From Lama guanicoe (Eukaryota), in contig MU054220.1 in NCBI GenBank assembly GCA_013239625.1, positions 8,033,367-8,097,366 on the forward strand: a stretch of 64,000 nt of DNA, given 5' to 3'. Made by a program: the position numbers and the translations under genes. Shown in pieces: positions 1 to 13,039 of this stretch. The stretch's first letter is position 1; the number at the start of each line of letters is the position of its first letter. The notes below the pieces were generated by a model. The model worked only from the letters and a program-made list of their open reading frames with translations, made no database searches and was not told the origin of the DNA.

Positions 1-197
1 TTTTAATACTCTTAAGCTGAAGATCAGGAATTATCATCCATGGATCAAAATGAATCTGTTTCTTTTATCTTATAGACTCAGAGATACCTTTGCAGTATTC
101 TGAAAATTCATAGAAATTTCACCTTCTCCAATTTCAACTGTTTTGACTTCAAATCACAGAATTAAAATTATGCATAATAAGAGCATAAGAAGTGTCA

Positions 198-208
198 TAA
201 TAATGATG

Positions 209-248
<40 letters not shown>
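198..248. repeat. (AAT)n microsatellite
   Basis: Run of AAT units with two GAT variants at the start. Confidence 0.95.
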
Positions 249-250
<2 letters not shown>

Positions 251-1039
251 GCAGAGACTAGGAATTACCATATCATCCTTTCTTGAGAAAACAGAAGAAT
301 GAAAACGAGGTCACGACTGAATAAACAGTCAGCACAAAAGATCCACCAACATTAATGGATGATTTAATATATCGTAGGTAATGTTTAAAGGAATATTTAA
401 AGCATGGCTGATTTGTTAATTTTTTCACAAATTTAAACAAGCTAAGTCATATGATTTACTCACGTTACAAATATACACTAAACACAGTTTCACATATCTG
501 GCAAGAGAGCGTACCTGTACTCCTCACTATGTTTACGAAAAGGCAGAATATATTTAGTTTGGCCAACCCTCCAAACAATCAGACCTAACTTCAGGTGGGA
601 GGCATAATTGGGGGAGTTGTTTGCACTGTGGAAGAAAGCTAACATGTTGAGCCCTAGGAGGAAAGATAGAAGGCTAAACTTTTAATACGTGACTGATGTA
701 ATCATAGGTGTTCGCTTAAAAGAGAAGCTTGGACATGAAGGGAAGGAAGGATCCAGGCAATAGAAATTATATTGTGTGTATGTGTGAAGTGGCAAAGGTT
801 TCTAAATTTGGGAGCAGAGTGGCTACTAAGGGAAAAGCTTCAGTACAGGGAGAGAGGCAAATTTTTTTTTTAAAGTTAGTTGTTTTATGCAAATAAGCAA
901 CAACTTTCAGGAGCTATTACTATTTAAGCAGACTAGGAGTTACCAGGTAAATTAGGTACCGGAGGAGTATTTCTATGAAGTCACTTGCAATGGTACAGAG
1001 CACCCTGATTAAAAGTAAAAAGGGATTTCCATAAAGCTT

Positions 1040-1260
1040 AATCATGATACAATGTGTACAAGAGTAGGAATAACCTAGAATATTCCAGGCAGAGGGATCT
1101 GAAATGACAAAGTCAGAGGAGCATGAAATTAAATGTGATTGCAGGGGTCTATAAACTTTATAAAAAATCGGTTTGAATTTTTAAATTGAGAGATGATCGG
1201 AAAGAGAAAAGTTTAGAGAAGTAGGTTGGGAACTGTTTATAGGAGTGTTTTAAAACCACA
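1040..1260 (-). mobile_element. Ancient L2 fragment
   Basis: Motif 'aatattccaggcagaggga...caaagtcagagg' resembles the antisense L2 3' region; boundaries approximate. Confidence 0.4.
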
Positions 1261-1639
1261 ACAATGATAGATAGCATTTGCTTTAGGCAAATAATTTTCT
1301 AAAACCCTTAGTAAGTATTCTAAATGGATTAACTTAAGAACCTTAACAGCAGCCTGGTGTCCATAGCTGTTGGGTACACTGCGTGTGTGAGTGTGTAAAG
1401 TGATTTGTTAGGTTATGCTATTGAAATCTATCTTTCTTGGGTTGTTCTTAGTCAGTTATAGATTCATAGTTATATTCATTGCTTGTTCTGTCAGTTACAG
1501 AGAGAAACATGAACAATATCTCATTATAGATACATTTTGTCAAGTTATAAACATATTTTGTTATATTTTAAAAAATATTCAGAGACTATATCACCAGGTG
1601 CATGTGCATTTTTAAACTATAAATATATAGCTGGTGAAT

Positions 1640-2250
1640 TTAAACTCTTTACCTGCAGAAAGTGATCCTCTTGATTTATAGTAAGGTTCTATTCTATAAA
1701 TATTATTTTATCTGACACTAATAAAGCAATTCAAACATTATTTTGTTTATCCATTCCTGGGTTAAGGTGTAACTTCATTTCACTTAAAAATGTGTGTGTG
1801 TGTCTGTTATCTTTATCTCTTGAAAGCAGTATATAGTTGGACTTTTGCTTTGTGATAACCTTTGTAATCTTTTTAATCAGAAGATGTAATCTGTTTATAG
1901 TAATATAATTTTTCATATATTTTTGATAATTATCATCATATATTGTGCTTTCTGTATGTTTATTTTTCTCTCCTTTTTGCCTTCCTTTTTTGTTGATTAA
2001 ACATTTTTGATATTCATTTTCTCCCTACCCACAGTTATCTGAGAAATTATAATGTGCATTGTAGTCCCTTAGCAAAATGTAATATAATCAAACTTTTTAC
2101 CCTCCTCTTATCCTAAAGAACTTCAGAGCACCACCACGTACTCCTCTGCTCACACATAACTGACATCATGTGTTTTAATTCTTACTTTACTTTTTACCAC
2201 ACAAGAAATCATTACTGCGTGTTTTTTTCCATACTTAATATTTTTTAAAA
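1640..2250 (-). mobile_element. Ancient L1M fragment (ORF2 5' / inter-ORF region)
   Basis: T-rich sequence with 'tctcttgaaagcagtatatagttgga' and 'tctgacactaataaagc', typical of antisense L1M; highly decayed. Confidence 0.5.
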
Positions 2251-2790
2251 TTTTCTTTCATGGTTACTACATTTTTGGAAGGTTATCTGGTAATTAGGTT
2301 AAACCTCTTTCCATTACACCATTCTCTTTAATTCTAAGATTAGATTTCACTTGAGATTTAGAGTGAGAAAAGCTTGTTCACTGAAGTGTGTGGTCTTCCA
2401 CATTCTGATCTGTACCTGAGCTGTGTGTGAACGGTGTTAACTGAATGTCCGCTATGCTAGCCACTGCGGAGCACCATACCAAAATCAGGCATATGCTCCA
2501 CATGTGGGGAATTAATTAATTCATTGATTTGCAGAGTCAACTATATTAATAATTTTGGCCTCTACTATAGAATTTCAAAAGTCTCCAATGTCACTCAATG
2601 AAGAATAAAGAAAATACAATTTTTTTTTTAAAGATTGTCTGTTGAGGATGGTGAACAGCTAATTTTTCATGGTATTTTGGAAGAAAATGATACCACCCAT
2701 GTGGCAATTAGGGGAAATATTACAGTGAACCCTGGACTCTGAAAGTAAAAAAAAGAAAGTAAGTGTAGGCTGCATGGGTACTGAGTCCCC

Positions 2791-2939
2791 AAAACTATAT
2801 TCAATACCTTGTAACAGCCTATAATGAAAAAGAACATGAAAAGGAATATATATATACACACACACAACTGAATCACCATGCTGCACACCGGAAATTAACA
2901 CAACAGTGTAAATCGATTATACATCAAAAGAAAGAAGCG
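2791..2939 (+). mobile_element. 5'-truncated L1 3' end, cetartiodactyl-type, relatively young
   Basis: 'aactatattcaatac...tataatgaaaaagaa...aactgaatcacc...tgcacaccggaaattaacacaaca.tgtaaatcgattatac' followed by an A-rich tail. Confidence 0.8.
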
Positions 2940-3609
2940 AATCAGGCATGCTGTTTCCACTTCCCTCTGCCTAACACTGCCTTAACAAAAATGGTCGTTG
3001 TGATCTTTGTATTTGTAGAGCCCTTTCATATACTTCATCTCACTCCAGCCACAGAACAGCCTTTTGAGGAAGGCATCACAGTCCTGTATTACAGAGGAGA
3101 AAACAGTCATTCTGAAAGAAGTCTGGAACCAACACAGAACTTTTAAACTCAGGATTTCTGTCTCCCCCGCTCAGTGCTTTTTCACTTTGTCAGGCCACCT
3201 GGAGACTAGGTCTTTACGATATTTAGATGGGAAAACCAGCCTGGAGCTCGCAGGACTTTTATTATGGTGGAGTTATCTAGAAGAACGTCAGAGGGTGGAA
3301 AAAAAAAAATCTCGTTCTGTATAACTTATATCTGCTCAGCCAAATACTGAGTTTTACGACCCCAGTGGGGTATTTTGTGGAATTGAAAAGATATGTTTAA
3401 AACACTACAAAGTACTTAACTTATATCTTTATAAGCAAATGTAGCCTGAATTCCTAGTATAATAAAATTAAGGGAAAATATAAACTTCCGAGTGATTCTT
3501 AGCTATTGGGCTACTATCAAATTGATTAGATTTGTCATTGCCTTAACTTAGAATTACATATACACAAATGAATGAATTATATGTAGAATATTATGTGGTT
3601 GTGGGTGGG

Positions 3610-3640
3610 GTGTGTGTGTGTGTGTGTGTGTGAGAGAGAA
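3610..3640. repeat. (GT)n followed by (GA)n microsatellite
   Basis: Direct reading. Confidence 0.9.
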
Positions 3641-5004
3641 AGAGCTGAGTGTTCGTGCAGATTGGTGCTTTAGTGTGTGTTGAATTTGCCTTTAAACTGC
3701 AGGATCCCTCACTGTTTAAAAAAGAGTGATCAGTGGACTCTTAGGATGCATTAAATCAACTTTTTACACCCTAACATTATGGGCAGTTAAATAGAGTGGA
3801 CTGGGGAAAAAAAAGCAAGACTTGTAAATCACAGCAATCCAAACATCCTGTTTTAGATTCTTGGTTAATACCTTCACATACGCCATCTGATTCAGTTTTC
3901 TCTACCTCCAACAAATCTAAAGGATTAGTAGAACAGATTCACTAACCCCCTCTACATTATAGAAGAGGATTTTTAAAAGAGTTAAGATATATTTTAAAGA
4001 AATTCTCAAATATATTAAAGGTGAAAATATGTTTTTGTATATCTCAAACTTCTGTAAAAAGAGAAGGATATCAGGTCAAATATATTAAAAGCAAATCACA
4101 GGGAAATTGATGGCTTGAGACTGATAGTTTCAATGGAAAAGACTCATACAGTGTTACAGATGTTCATTTAGTACTGTAGGTTCGCTTTTTGTAACAAGTG
4201 TTTTCGTTTTTTTTTTTTGTATTCTAGGAAGGTAAAGACTTTCAAGTTAGTGTTTAAAGGTGATTTGCAAATATTTGTTTTTCTTTTAATGGGCAAGTTG
4301 GGCATATATTTATTTTTTAGCATCTCCCATAATACAATTTTTATACTTGTGACATACATGAAGCTTCACTCACAAATTTCTCTGTGTGTGACAGATTTTA
4401 AATCTGTAGCGAATCTAAGAGAAGAAGATAAAATCCCTGATTCACCTCCTATAGTTGTAAATTATCTTGGAGAATTTGCTTTACCTCTTTATTTTACTTT
4501 ACTTTATTTTATTTTCTGAAAGCGGTAGAAGAGTAGTGCCTGACACATTGGGTTTTGAGTATTAAATGAGGTAATACATGTAAATCATTTAGTATCTCAC
4601 TTTGTACTTTAATTCTCAATGTTGTTATTATTGCTATGATTATAATTATCATCCATCCTTCAGTCAAGGCTGACAAGGTTTTGTTCTATTCTTCATTAAG
4701 ATTGTTTTTTTAGTTTTCAGAGGATGATGTCAGTCATAATCTGAAATTGAGTTTTCTTATAATTAGGATTCCGTCTTTAGGTAACAACATTAAATAGCTG
4801 AACTTCTATTAATCTTCAAAAGCTAACATTTAAACAATAAGTTCCATACTTTTCCAAAACTAAGTGGAACAAACTACATTATGGATGGTTGCCTGAAGGG
4901 AGCAGGCTCTTAATCTATTTGTTCTTTTGAATCAAGTTTCATTGAATTTTCAAAAGAATACCGAATCCACAGAAAATTAAGAATGACTGCTCTAGATCAT
5001 AAAG

Positions 5005-5190
5005 GCATGTAGTCCAATAAAACCGTCTGCCATGATGGAAGTGTCTTATATCTCTGTTCAACACAATAGCCATTAGCACTTGAAATGTGACTAGGGCTAC
5101 TGAGGAACAGAATTTTCCATTTTACTTAATTCTAACTAATTTAAATTTAAATAGCTGCATATGACTAGTGGCTACCATATTGAAAGGAAC
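5005..5190 (+). mobile_element. MER3-like hAT-Charlie MITE
   Basis: 'gtccaataaaac...gatggaagtg...agcacttgaaatgtgactag...actgaggaac...ttaaatttaaatag...agtggctaccatattg' follows the MER3 consensus layout. Confidence 0.85.
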
Positions 5191-6129
5191 AGGTTGAGAA
5201 TCAATCCCCAAATCAAGTAAAGTCATAAATAAACTGATGCCTGCCACCACATCCTCTTGCCGTTGAAAGAATATATTTGAGTGAGCTGTTATTTTACATG
5301 ATTCCAAAGACTTATCTTGAGGAATGACATTAAAAAAATCAGCCTTTACTGCAGATTCTACTGAGAAGGGTGTCCATTTTTTACATATTCCTCTCTGTGA
5401 CAGTCCACAAAGGACATTTCTTCCTGGGCACATTATGAGAAAAAAGAACGCTTTTCCTGAGCAACTGTCTTATTTTAACTTATGAACACTATGATGATTT
5501 AAATTTTATGTTTCATTCTTCCCAAAGCCTGATACAGTTCTCAAAAATAAGATACATTTAATGATAGACATCAAAAAATAATAAAATTTGCATAGTAATT
5601 AATCCTAATACTATTGACATTGTCAGTTATTTTAAAAAATAACAACGTCTAACATTAACATATAATTTAGAAGGAGAATGAAAATAAAGAATTTTAAACA
5701 AAGAAGGAACTAAATGATGCAATCAAACTAAAGAAACCCTAAGAAATCTCACAAAGCTTTTCACCTTCCACTAAGCCTTACGAAATTTAGCACATTTTAA
5801 AGAAGCAATATTATACCTGTAGAGAATGGTTATTTCAATTTAAGACTACAGAATAATCCTGAATGCCTCTTTACTAAACAATTTATATTTTAAGAGTCTT
5901 GTGAAAATAAAGTAGTAAAATTATAAAAGAAGTTATAATTGATTTATTAAAGTAAAATCTAACTAGGGAAAAAAAGGGAGAATACTTCAAAAGCAATGTA
6001 TATACCTTCAGAAATATCATATGACACCTAAAAAACTAACTATCATTCGTATTACCAGTGTAAGAACCAACTTTTAGGATTTTAAGAAAGTCGTAAGAGA
6101 GAAGACAACAAGGGATTGTGTTAGAGTTG

Positions 6130-6260
6130 GTTCAGTGTGGTATAGTGGAAAGAACAAATAACGTATAGTCAGAAAAAGTTGAAGATTGATTCCCATTATG
6201 TGCTAATTGCGTGACCCTACATAATTCAACATAGTCTTTGAATCTGAGTTGCAGGGCCTG
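6130..6260 (+). mobile_element. MIR SINE fragment
   Basis: 'cagtgtggtatagtggaaagaac...gtgaccct...tctgagtt' matches the MIR 5' end and core. Confidence 0.6.
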
Positions 6261-6414
6261 CTTTTTAATCTTAGAGTTCTTTATGGAAACACCTTGTGAA
6301 GTTAGAAAAGAAGTGAAAACACCGTATAATTTGTCTATTAGACATGGTGCTGCATTTTACATGCCCCGTTTACCTACACAAAAATACAATGAGGTTAGTT
6401 AAAATTATCAATGT

Positions 6415-7245
6415 CTTTTTAAATATGTATCTATGAACACATAATACATTTATCATGTAATTCACTATTTAAAGTGTATAGTTCAATGGTTTTCAGTATA
6501 TTCACAGAGTTGTGCAGTCATCAACATAATCGATGTAAGAGTATTTTTATCATCTCTCCTCCCCACGATCCCCATACCTATTAGTATTCATTCTTTTTTT
6601 TTAACTCCCACTCCCACCCCCAGCCCTAGGCAACCACTAATCTACTCTTTGTCTCTGCAGATCAGCCAATTTTGAACATTCCATATAAATGGAATCATAC
6701 AATATGTGTTTTTTTTGTGACCGGCTTATTTCATTGGCAAGTTTTCAAAGTTGATCCACGTTGTAACGTATATCAGTACTTCATTTATTTTTACTGCTTA
6801 ATAATATTCCATTGTACGAATATCCTACACTTTATCTATCTATTCACCAGTTGATGGTAATATAGGTTGGTTCACTTTGGGGCTATAATAAATAATGCGT
6901 CTATGAACATTTGCTTACAAGTTTTTGTAGGGATGTATGTTTCACTTCTCTTGGGTATACACCTAGGCGTAGAATTACTGAGTTGTGCAATGACTCTATG
7001 TTTAACCTTTCGAGGAACATCCATGCTGTTTTCTAAAGTGGTTGTGTTATATCACATTTCCACCAGCGGTATATAAAAGTTCCAGTTTTTCCACATTCTC
7101 ACCAAAACTTATTATGTTTTTGACTAAAACTGTCCTGAGTATTGAGTGGTATCTCATTGTGAATTTTATTTGCATTTCTCTGATGACTAATGAAATCATG
7201 AGTATTTTCCTGTGCTTATTGACCACTGTATATCTTATTCTTATT
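6415..7245 (-). mobile_element. L1 3' end (L1MB-like): 3'UTR plus ORF2 C-terminal region
   Basis: 'ccccagccctaggcaaccactaatctactct', 'catataaatggaatcatacaatatg', 'tatctcattgtg...tttgcatttctctgatgactaatga'. Confidence 0.9.
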
Positions 7246-7274
7246 CGGAGAATTCTCTACTCATTTTGTTCATT

Positions 7275-7380
7275 ATCAATGTCTTTTGAAGAGAGGAAAA
7301 CAAGGATCAGAAACACTAAGTCATTTGCTCAAGTTCATACAGCTAATACATCATGTATCATTCATCTGAAGCCCTTCTGT
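7275..7380 (-). mobile_element. MIR fragment
   Basis: 'gaggaaaacaagg...aagtcatttgctcaagttcatacagcta' is the antisense MIR core. Confidence 0.6.
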
Positions 7381-10300
7381 CCCTAGGGTTTGTATTCATA
7401 AGGATTTAATACATTGATTCTACCAATCGCCTCTAATTGTTAATATAACTGAGCAGACAATGTATCTATTTCTTGAAATGTTTCCTACACTAACAAATTA
7501 TTCTATGGTGTATTAAACAAATACAACAATATTTTTCAATACAACAAAAAAAGTCTGGCAAGCTCAGTTCTCCAAATAATAAGGTGAAAAATTAACACAA
7601 TGCTCTTGTCAGATTTCCAATACCACACTAGAAGGATGGGATAATGATCCGTTTGTATCAGTGAAAAGGGTAAAGTGCAAATAAGCGCGTGTAATTAGAA
7701 AGGCTTCACTTTTTTCTTTCTGAATTCCCATTCCCCTAGGGAATGAGGATTTAAGCAGAGAATACAGGCTTACATAAACATGAACACCAACAAGGGGAAA
7801 GAGGAAGTCTTGGCTTTCCATTCTGAACTAACTCCTATAAAAATGTTCGCCAATCTTTGGGAACTCCAACCTTCCATCTCTCAGAAAACCAACTTTTCAG
7901 TTGAAAGATTTTAAGAAATAAGAAAAAGAAAAAATGTCTTCCTAGGAAGCGCTGTAAAAGCCTGAGTGGGAGGGAGAGAGGAGGGGGCAATGTGATGTGT
8001 GAAGATGATTATATAACAGGGACAGGTCCTGGAAGCTTTACTCAGGAAGGAAAGTGTGAGGTCTCTGTGACAAACAAGCATTGTCTATTCTAGTGCTAGC
8101 TGGTTAGTGTTCTGCCACAGAACACAGAGATTGGGTTTCTCCTTCCACTCATTGCAGCAAACTTTGCTCTATGTCATTTTGGATTGTTAGAAAAATGTGA
8201 TCCTTCCCATGATAAATCTAAGCATGCCAATCATATTTTATTAAACTGAGCAGCAGCAATACTGCCTAGCACCCTATCAGTCCATCTCTATTTAGAATTA
8301 CTATTTTTTTTAACCATGGAGTTTGAGTGATCAGAAAGCATTAGCACTTTGTATTTGTGTGACACTTCTGGAACCTCAGATTTTCCAAATGTAATATGCT
8401 GTACCATGCGAAGCAAAGTTAAATAGGGAATGAATTTATTCATGAAGGAAAAGAGGTTGGGGTAACTTGCAAAGTTCACGCAATCTAGAGTTAAAGATAC
8501 AAAGGATGCAGGTCCGTGGTAAAATGTTTATTGATGTTTTTGTCATCAGGTTATAAAGAATATTAGTTTCGCATTTCAGCATTAAAGAGATTCACGTAAA
8601 ATATGTAAACCCTTGAATTTTTAACTCTTACCTTGCAGATTTTGTGTAAAGCTTATGTACAATATTTTCTATTGCACACTAACTCCTCTTTCCTTGCTTT
8701 GTTTAGCTGTAGCTAATTATACTAGTATTCCTCTTAAACAGAAATCCTAATAAATGTAGCCCAATTAAAATGTTCCAGGCACTCTGCTAATCCCTCTCAA
8801 TGCACAACGTTACTCAGCATCACCAGCAGCTCAGTGATGTGCTTAATGCTACTGCTTATTTTATAAATGGGATAATCCAAGGTTAGAGCTTTTAGCAATT
8901 TATCCATGCTAGTAAACAAGACCATTACCAGATTAACTCTATTCTAACCAGTTCCTGAGCACGTCCTAGCCATGGATATATAGAGCCCTTCACCATGGAT
9001 GGGATCTAATACTAACAGTACTGCCAGTATCAAGAACCACATTCTACTTGACTGTCTTCCTCTAAAAGAGGCACACTTAGGGTGGACTTCTTATTCAGCA
9101 TAGTAGAATTGAGCACAATAATGAGGTTCATTAAATAGTCACTGAGAAAACAAGTTAAAAAAGAAACACTGATGAAGGATATGAGCCAACTCATGTCAAT
9201 TCTATCACTATTTGTCGTTCCCCTCTCTTCCCCTCTCATAGTGTTCCTGTCCATCTAATTGGACTTTTGTATCTCACAGGACCTTGTTTTCTCTCTTTGT
9301 GCTTGGTTTCCCACTGGAACTGTGTTTTTTCCATTTCTACCCTGGAAACTGGTGTAGAACACTGAAATTCTGTGGAACACATTTCAGATCATGGACCCTT
9401 TAACTCCAACCATGGGTTGAGATCCTGCTCCAAAGAGAAACCACTTGGAATCACAAAGGGGGTCCTTCAAGGTTGGAGAGTCACTGGTGTCTGGAATCCT
9501 CTGCTGTCATCTCTCTTCTACCAGTTTGAAAACATGACTAGTTCACTCGCTTCATTTATATATTTATGTTGTATTTCTGGCCATCATATGTTGATGGTTA
9601 ATTCAATTTCCAGTTCAATTCTTAAGCTCTGATCTTATCCAGCCTCATTTCTACTCGCACCAAAGTTCACAAATGTGATCTCAGTACTCATCCAGAGGAC
9701 AAGAGTGACATAAATTTTCAAGTGCATCTAATCTCTATGTTAAAACTCAAGTGGAGGTATCAAGCAGGCTGTTATGTATCTGTCTAAACATAATCAAGCT
9801 TTACAAACAAAGTGAACCTTACACTTTATTTTCATTTCAAAACACATTAATTTGATTCAAAATGTTAAGTTCAAAAATAGTTAATTTAATTTTAAAAACT
9901 TTGAGTCAGTAACTTCTATTACTAAATTGTAAAAAATCCACGTAATTTGTTTCTCAGTTCACTATTTTTGTCTCAGTCCCTTGATTAAAATGACTTCATT
10001 TTTTTATTCCTGAAGTGAATTTTACATTATACTTGCACGGGTCCAGTACGCTGATACAATAAATGAAACGACGGATCTACTTGCAGTTAAGAATGGTACA
10101 TGTTCTTCAGATTTATTCAGGATAGTTAGAAATACTTGATCAGAAACAAAAAGTGAAATTTTCAAAAACTAATTTTCAGGTAAATGAATTTATACTGTGT
10201 GTTATTGTGTGTAGGAGATACTTGCGTCTGAAGAGAAATTCTTGCTGTGAATTAGCTGTAGAAATTAAAGGCTAATATAACATTTTAGAAATATTTGGCT

Positions 10301-11909
10301 GCCTGTTATTTTAAGCTAGTGTTTTTGGGGGGAAATCTGCAACTCATTTTAGGTGAAAGAATAGGGCTTAAAGTGACTGAGATCTTTCTATTATAATTTA
10401 TTATTCACTTCATAATTTATCATTCCAGGAGGTTAAAATATTATTTATTATAGTACATTATTGGAACTACTTTAACTATCATGATATAGAAACCAGTTAG
10501 AAAACTAGTGATTTAAGTGTATGTAAAATATTTAGTTTCATTTCAAAGGTCCTATGCCTTTCACAGCCCAGCTCAATACTAAGCCATTAAGACACAAAAA
10601 ATAGATATTGTCCTCTTTGTATTGTATAAAAATGTGGACCCCATATGATTGGTTAAAGGTTAATGATGCTTTGTGTTGCAGCATCAACATACAAATTCTA
10701 CTGATTATGCTATTATGATAATTGATAGTTTTTTTAATTCACCCAATTTCTATTTATTAAAAAAAGAAAAGATTTGAAATGGATTAATGTAAAATGAGAA
10801 AAAAAAACTCTCAATTTAAAAAAAGGATTTAAAACAAGAGTAAAGTAGTAGAGGAACAGTATATGGGAGAAGAAAATGCTTGTATCTTGAAATCGGTGTA
10901 AAATAAATTGCTACTGAGTATATAACATAGTCCGAATTTTGTGAAAATATGAAAGGAACCATGTGAAAATATGAAAGATTGTTTAGTTTTTATCATTTCA
11001 TGTAATGTAGCACGTTCATTCATTAGGAAGGCATAATACCATTTTCTGGCATTTGAGAAAATGTGTTAAACGGCCTGTTGTTTTAGCTGCCATTACTATG
11101 TAACCTCCCAGACACACCATGAGAGCCCCTTGAGAGACGTCTTAAAATCAGTCTCAAGAAAACTACTCCAACCTACGTTCTTAGTTAAAGTTCAGTCTCT
11201 GAAGCACTGGAGATTTCCCTCTGACTGGCCTTCCTCTAACCCCAGAGTGCTGTAATCTTTCACTTCTATTTAAAAAGCTATAGAAGCTTTTTTTGCTCCC
11301 ACTCTGACACACAAGCCAGGGAACAGGGGCCATCAGCTTGGTGTGTGTTTTACAGATAAAATAAGGATTTTGAACTAACCTGCACACAGGGATATTTGGT
11401 CAGACCTGGAGATTTAACTGTACTCTGTATTCATTTACAATTAGTTTGTTTTGTTTACTTTCTTATATCATCAGCAAACTTATTAAAAAGGAGATCCAAA
11501 TAAACTTTGTGCCAATTACACAGGAAATAATTGGATTTTATTAATCCAGGAACTCAGGCAATCAATTAAAGCAAGGGTACTCTGGTCTCCATCACCACGT
11601 TAGTCTTCACGCTAATTAATCTCAAATACTAATGGAGTGCTTAGGAGTAGGGTGCTTTATTCCTTCAAATACATAAAAAAGCCCTTAAAGGGGCAATGTT
11701 TCTATCTTTGGGGAAAAAAAAAAACCTGTTTTAACCGAATGAAGCATTTGCTTTAAAGTAGAAAATTCTGTTCTGAGGTGTGTGAGTGGGTCCTTTATTC
11801 ATTTTTGCTAGATGAATACATTTAACACATGAATGAGTGACCCTTTCAAGTTTCAAACCCAACAACAATGTCAACTGGATCAGGAGCCAAAAAGAATAAA
11901 TCAGACCAC

Positions 11910-12095
11910 AGAAGGGCTCAGGCTCCACCTGCATAGCAATGAGTAAGCAAGACACAGCTTCTCTAAGCCTCCGTTTCCTCACCATGAAATGAGGTGGCAA
12001 TGTTAGCATGGACCATAAAAAATTATGGTAATTGGAAAATGCAATAACTTATATAAAATTCCCGGCACATGTTAGACCCTGAATAAATGTTACTT
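11910..12095 (+). mobile_element. MIR SINE
   Basis: 'cttctctaagcctccgtttcctcaccatgaaatgagg...cccggcacat...aataaatgtta'. Confidence 0.7.
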
Positions 12096-13039
12096 TCTTT
12101 TGCTTTTCTTCCTGTCACTTTCTCTCAGGAGTTTGGGACAGACACATCCCCTGAAGTACAGAGGTTCTTTCTAGATTTTACGCCTTTAAAATAATAATAT
12201 TGTTCCAAGCAGGTCCGTGAGTTCCAACCAATCTGTATGTGCTAAAAAGCCTTGTGATGAGCTCACTTCTACTGGGGTGGGAAAGACGTGGCCAACCCGC
12301 TTGCTCCTGCCTTCGAGGCAATATTTCACTGGCCTGACATAACGAGAAGGGTTGATCATACTTTTTCAAAATCCTTCAGCCTAGATCATGTAAGATTGGA
12401 ATAAGTGATCTCTATAATGTTCAGTAGAATTTATCATAAAATGATCTGTGTGATATTTAGCTATGCAAGTTCTCTAGTTTTGTCTCCAGTTGATATTTTA
12501 ACTTTATCAGTAATTTTAATTGTGTTTAAATATTATTTTAAAATATTAACATGTTTGTTTCTAATTCTACATGATTTTTAAATTTTTAAATGTTTGGATT
12601 ATGCCCTTTATCAACTTCTTTTTCCTTCTGCATTTTTCTTATTAATCTTACTAGATTAATCTGCTATCTGCATTATTAATCACTTCAAAGAACCAGACTT
12701 TTTTATTTATCTTTGTCTCTATTTTTTGTTTTCTTTACTTTTTGTCTGTTTTAAAAAATTTGATTTGCTCTATTGCTCTTTTCCTAACCACTTTTTAAAA
12801 ATATTTTCCGTGTATAATTTAAAAATCCCAAATAGACAAGTATACATAGCCTAGTTGATTATTATAAGGTGAATTCCTTTGTAATAAGCACCCGGGTCAA
12901 TAACTAGAAATTTACCAGCCACTTCAGAAGGGTTTCAATGGACCCTCTCCCAAACACAGATTCCACCCTTCCATAAAGAAGTAAATACTTTTACTTCAGG
13001 TAGTATAGATTATTCAGAAGATAAGTTTCATATTTCTAT

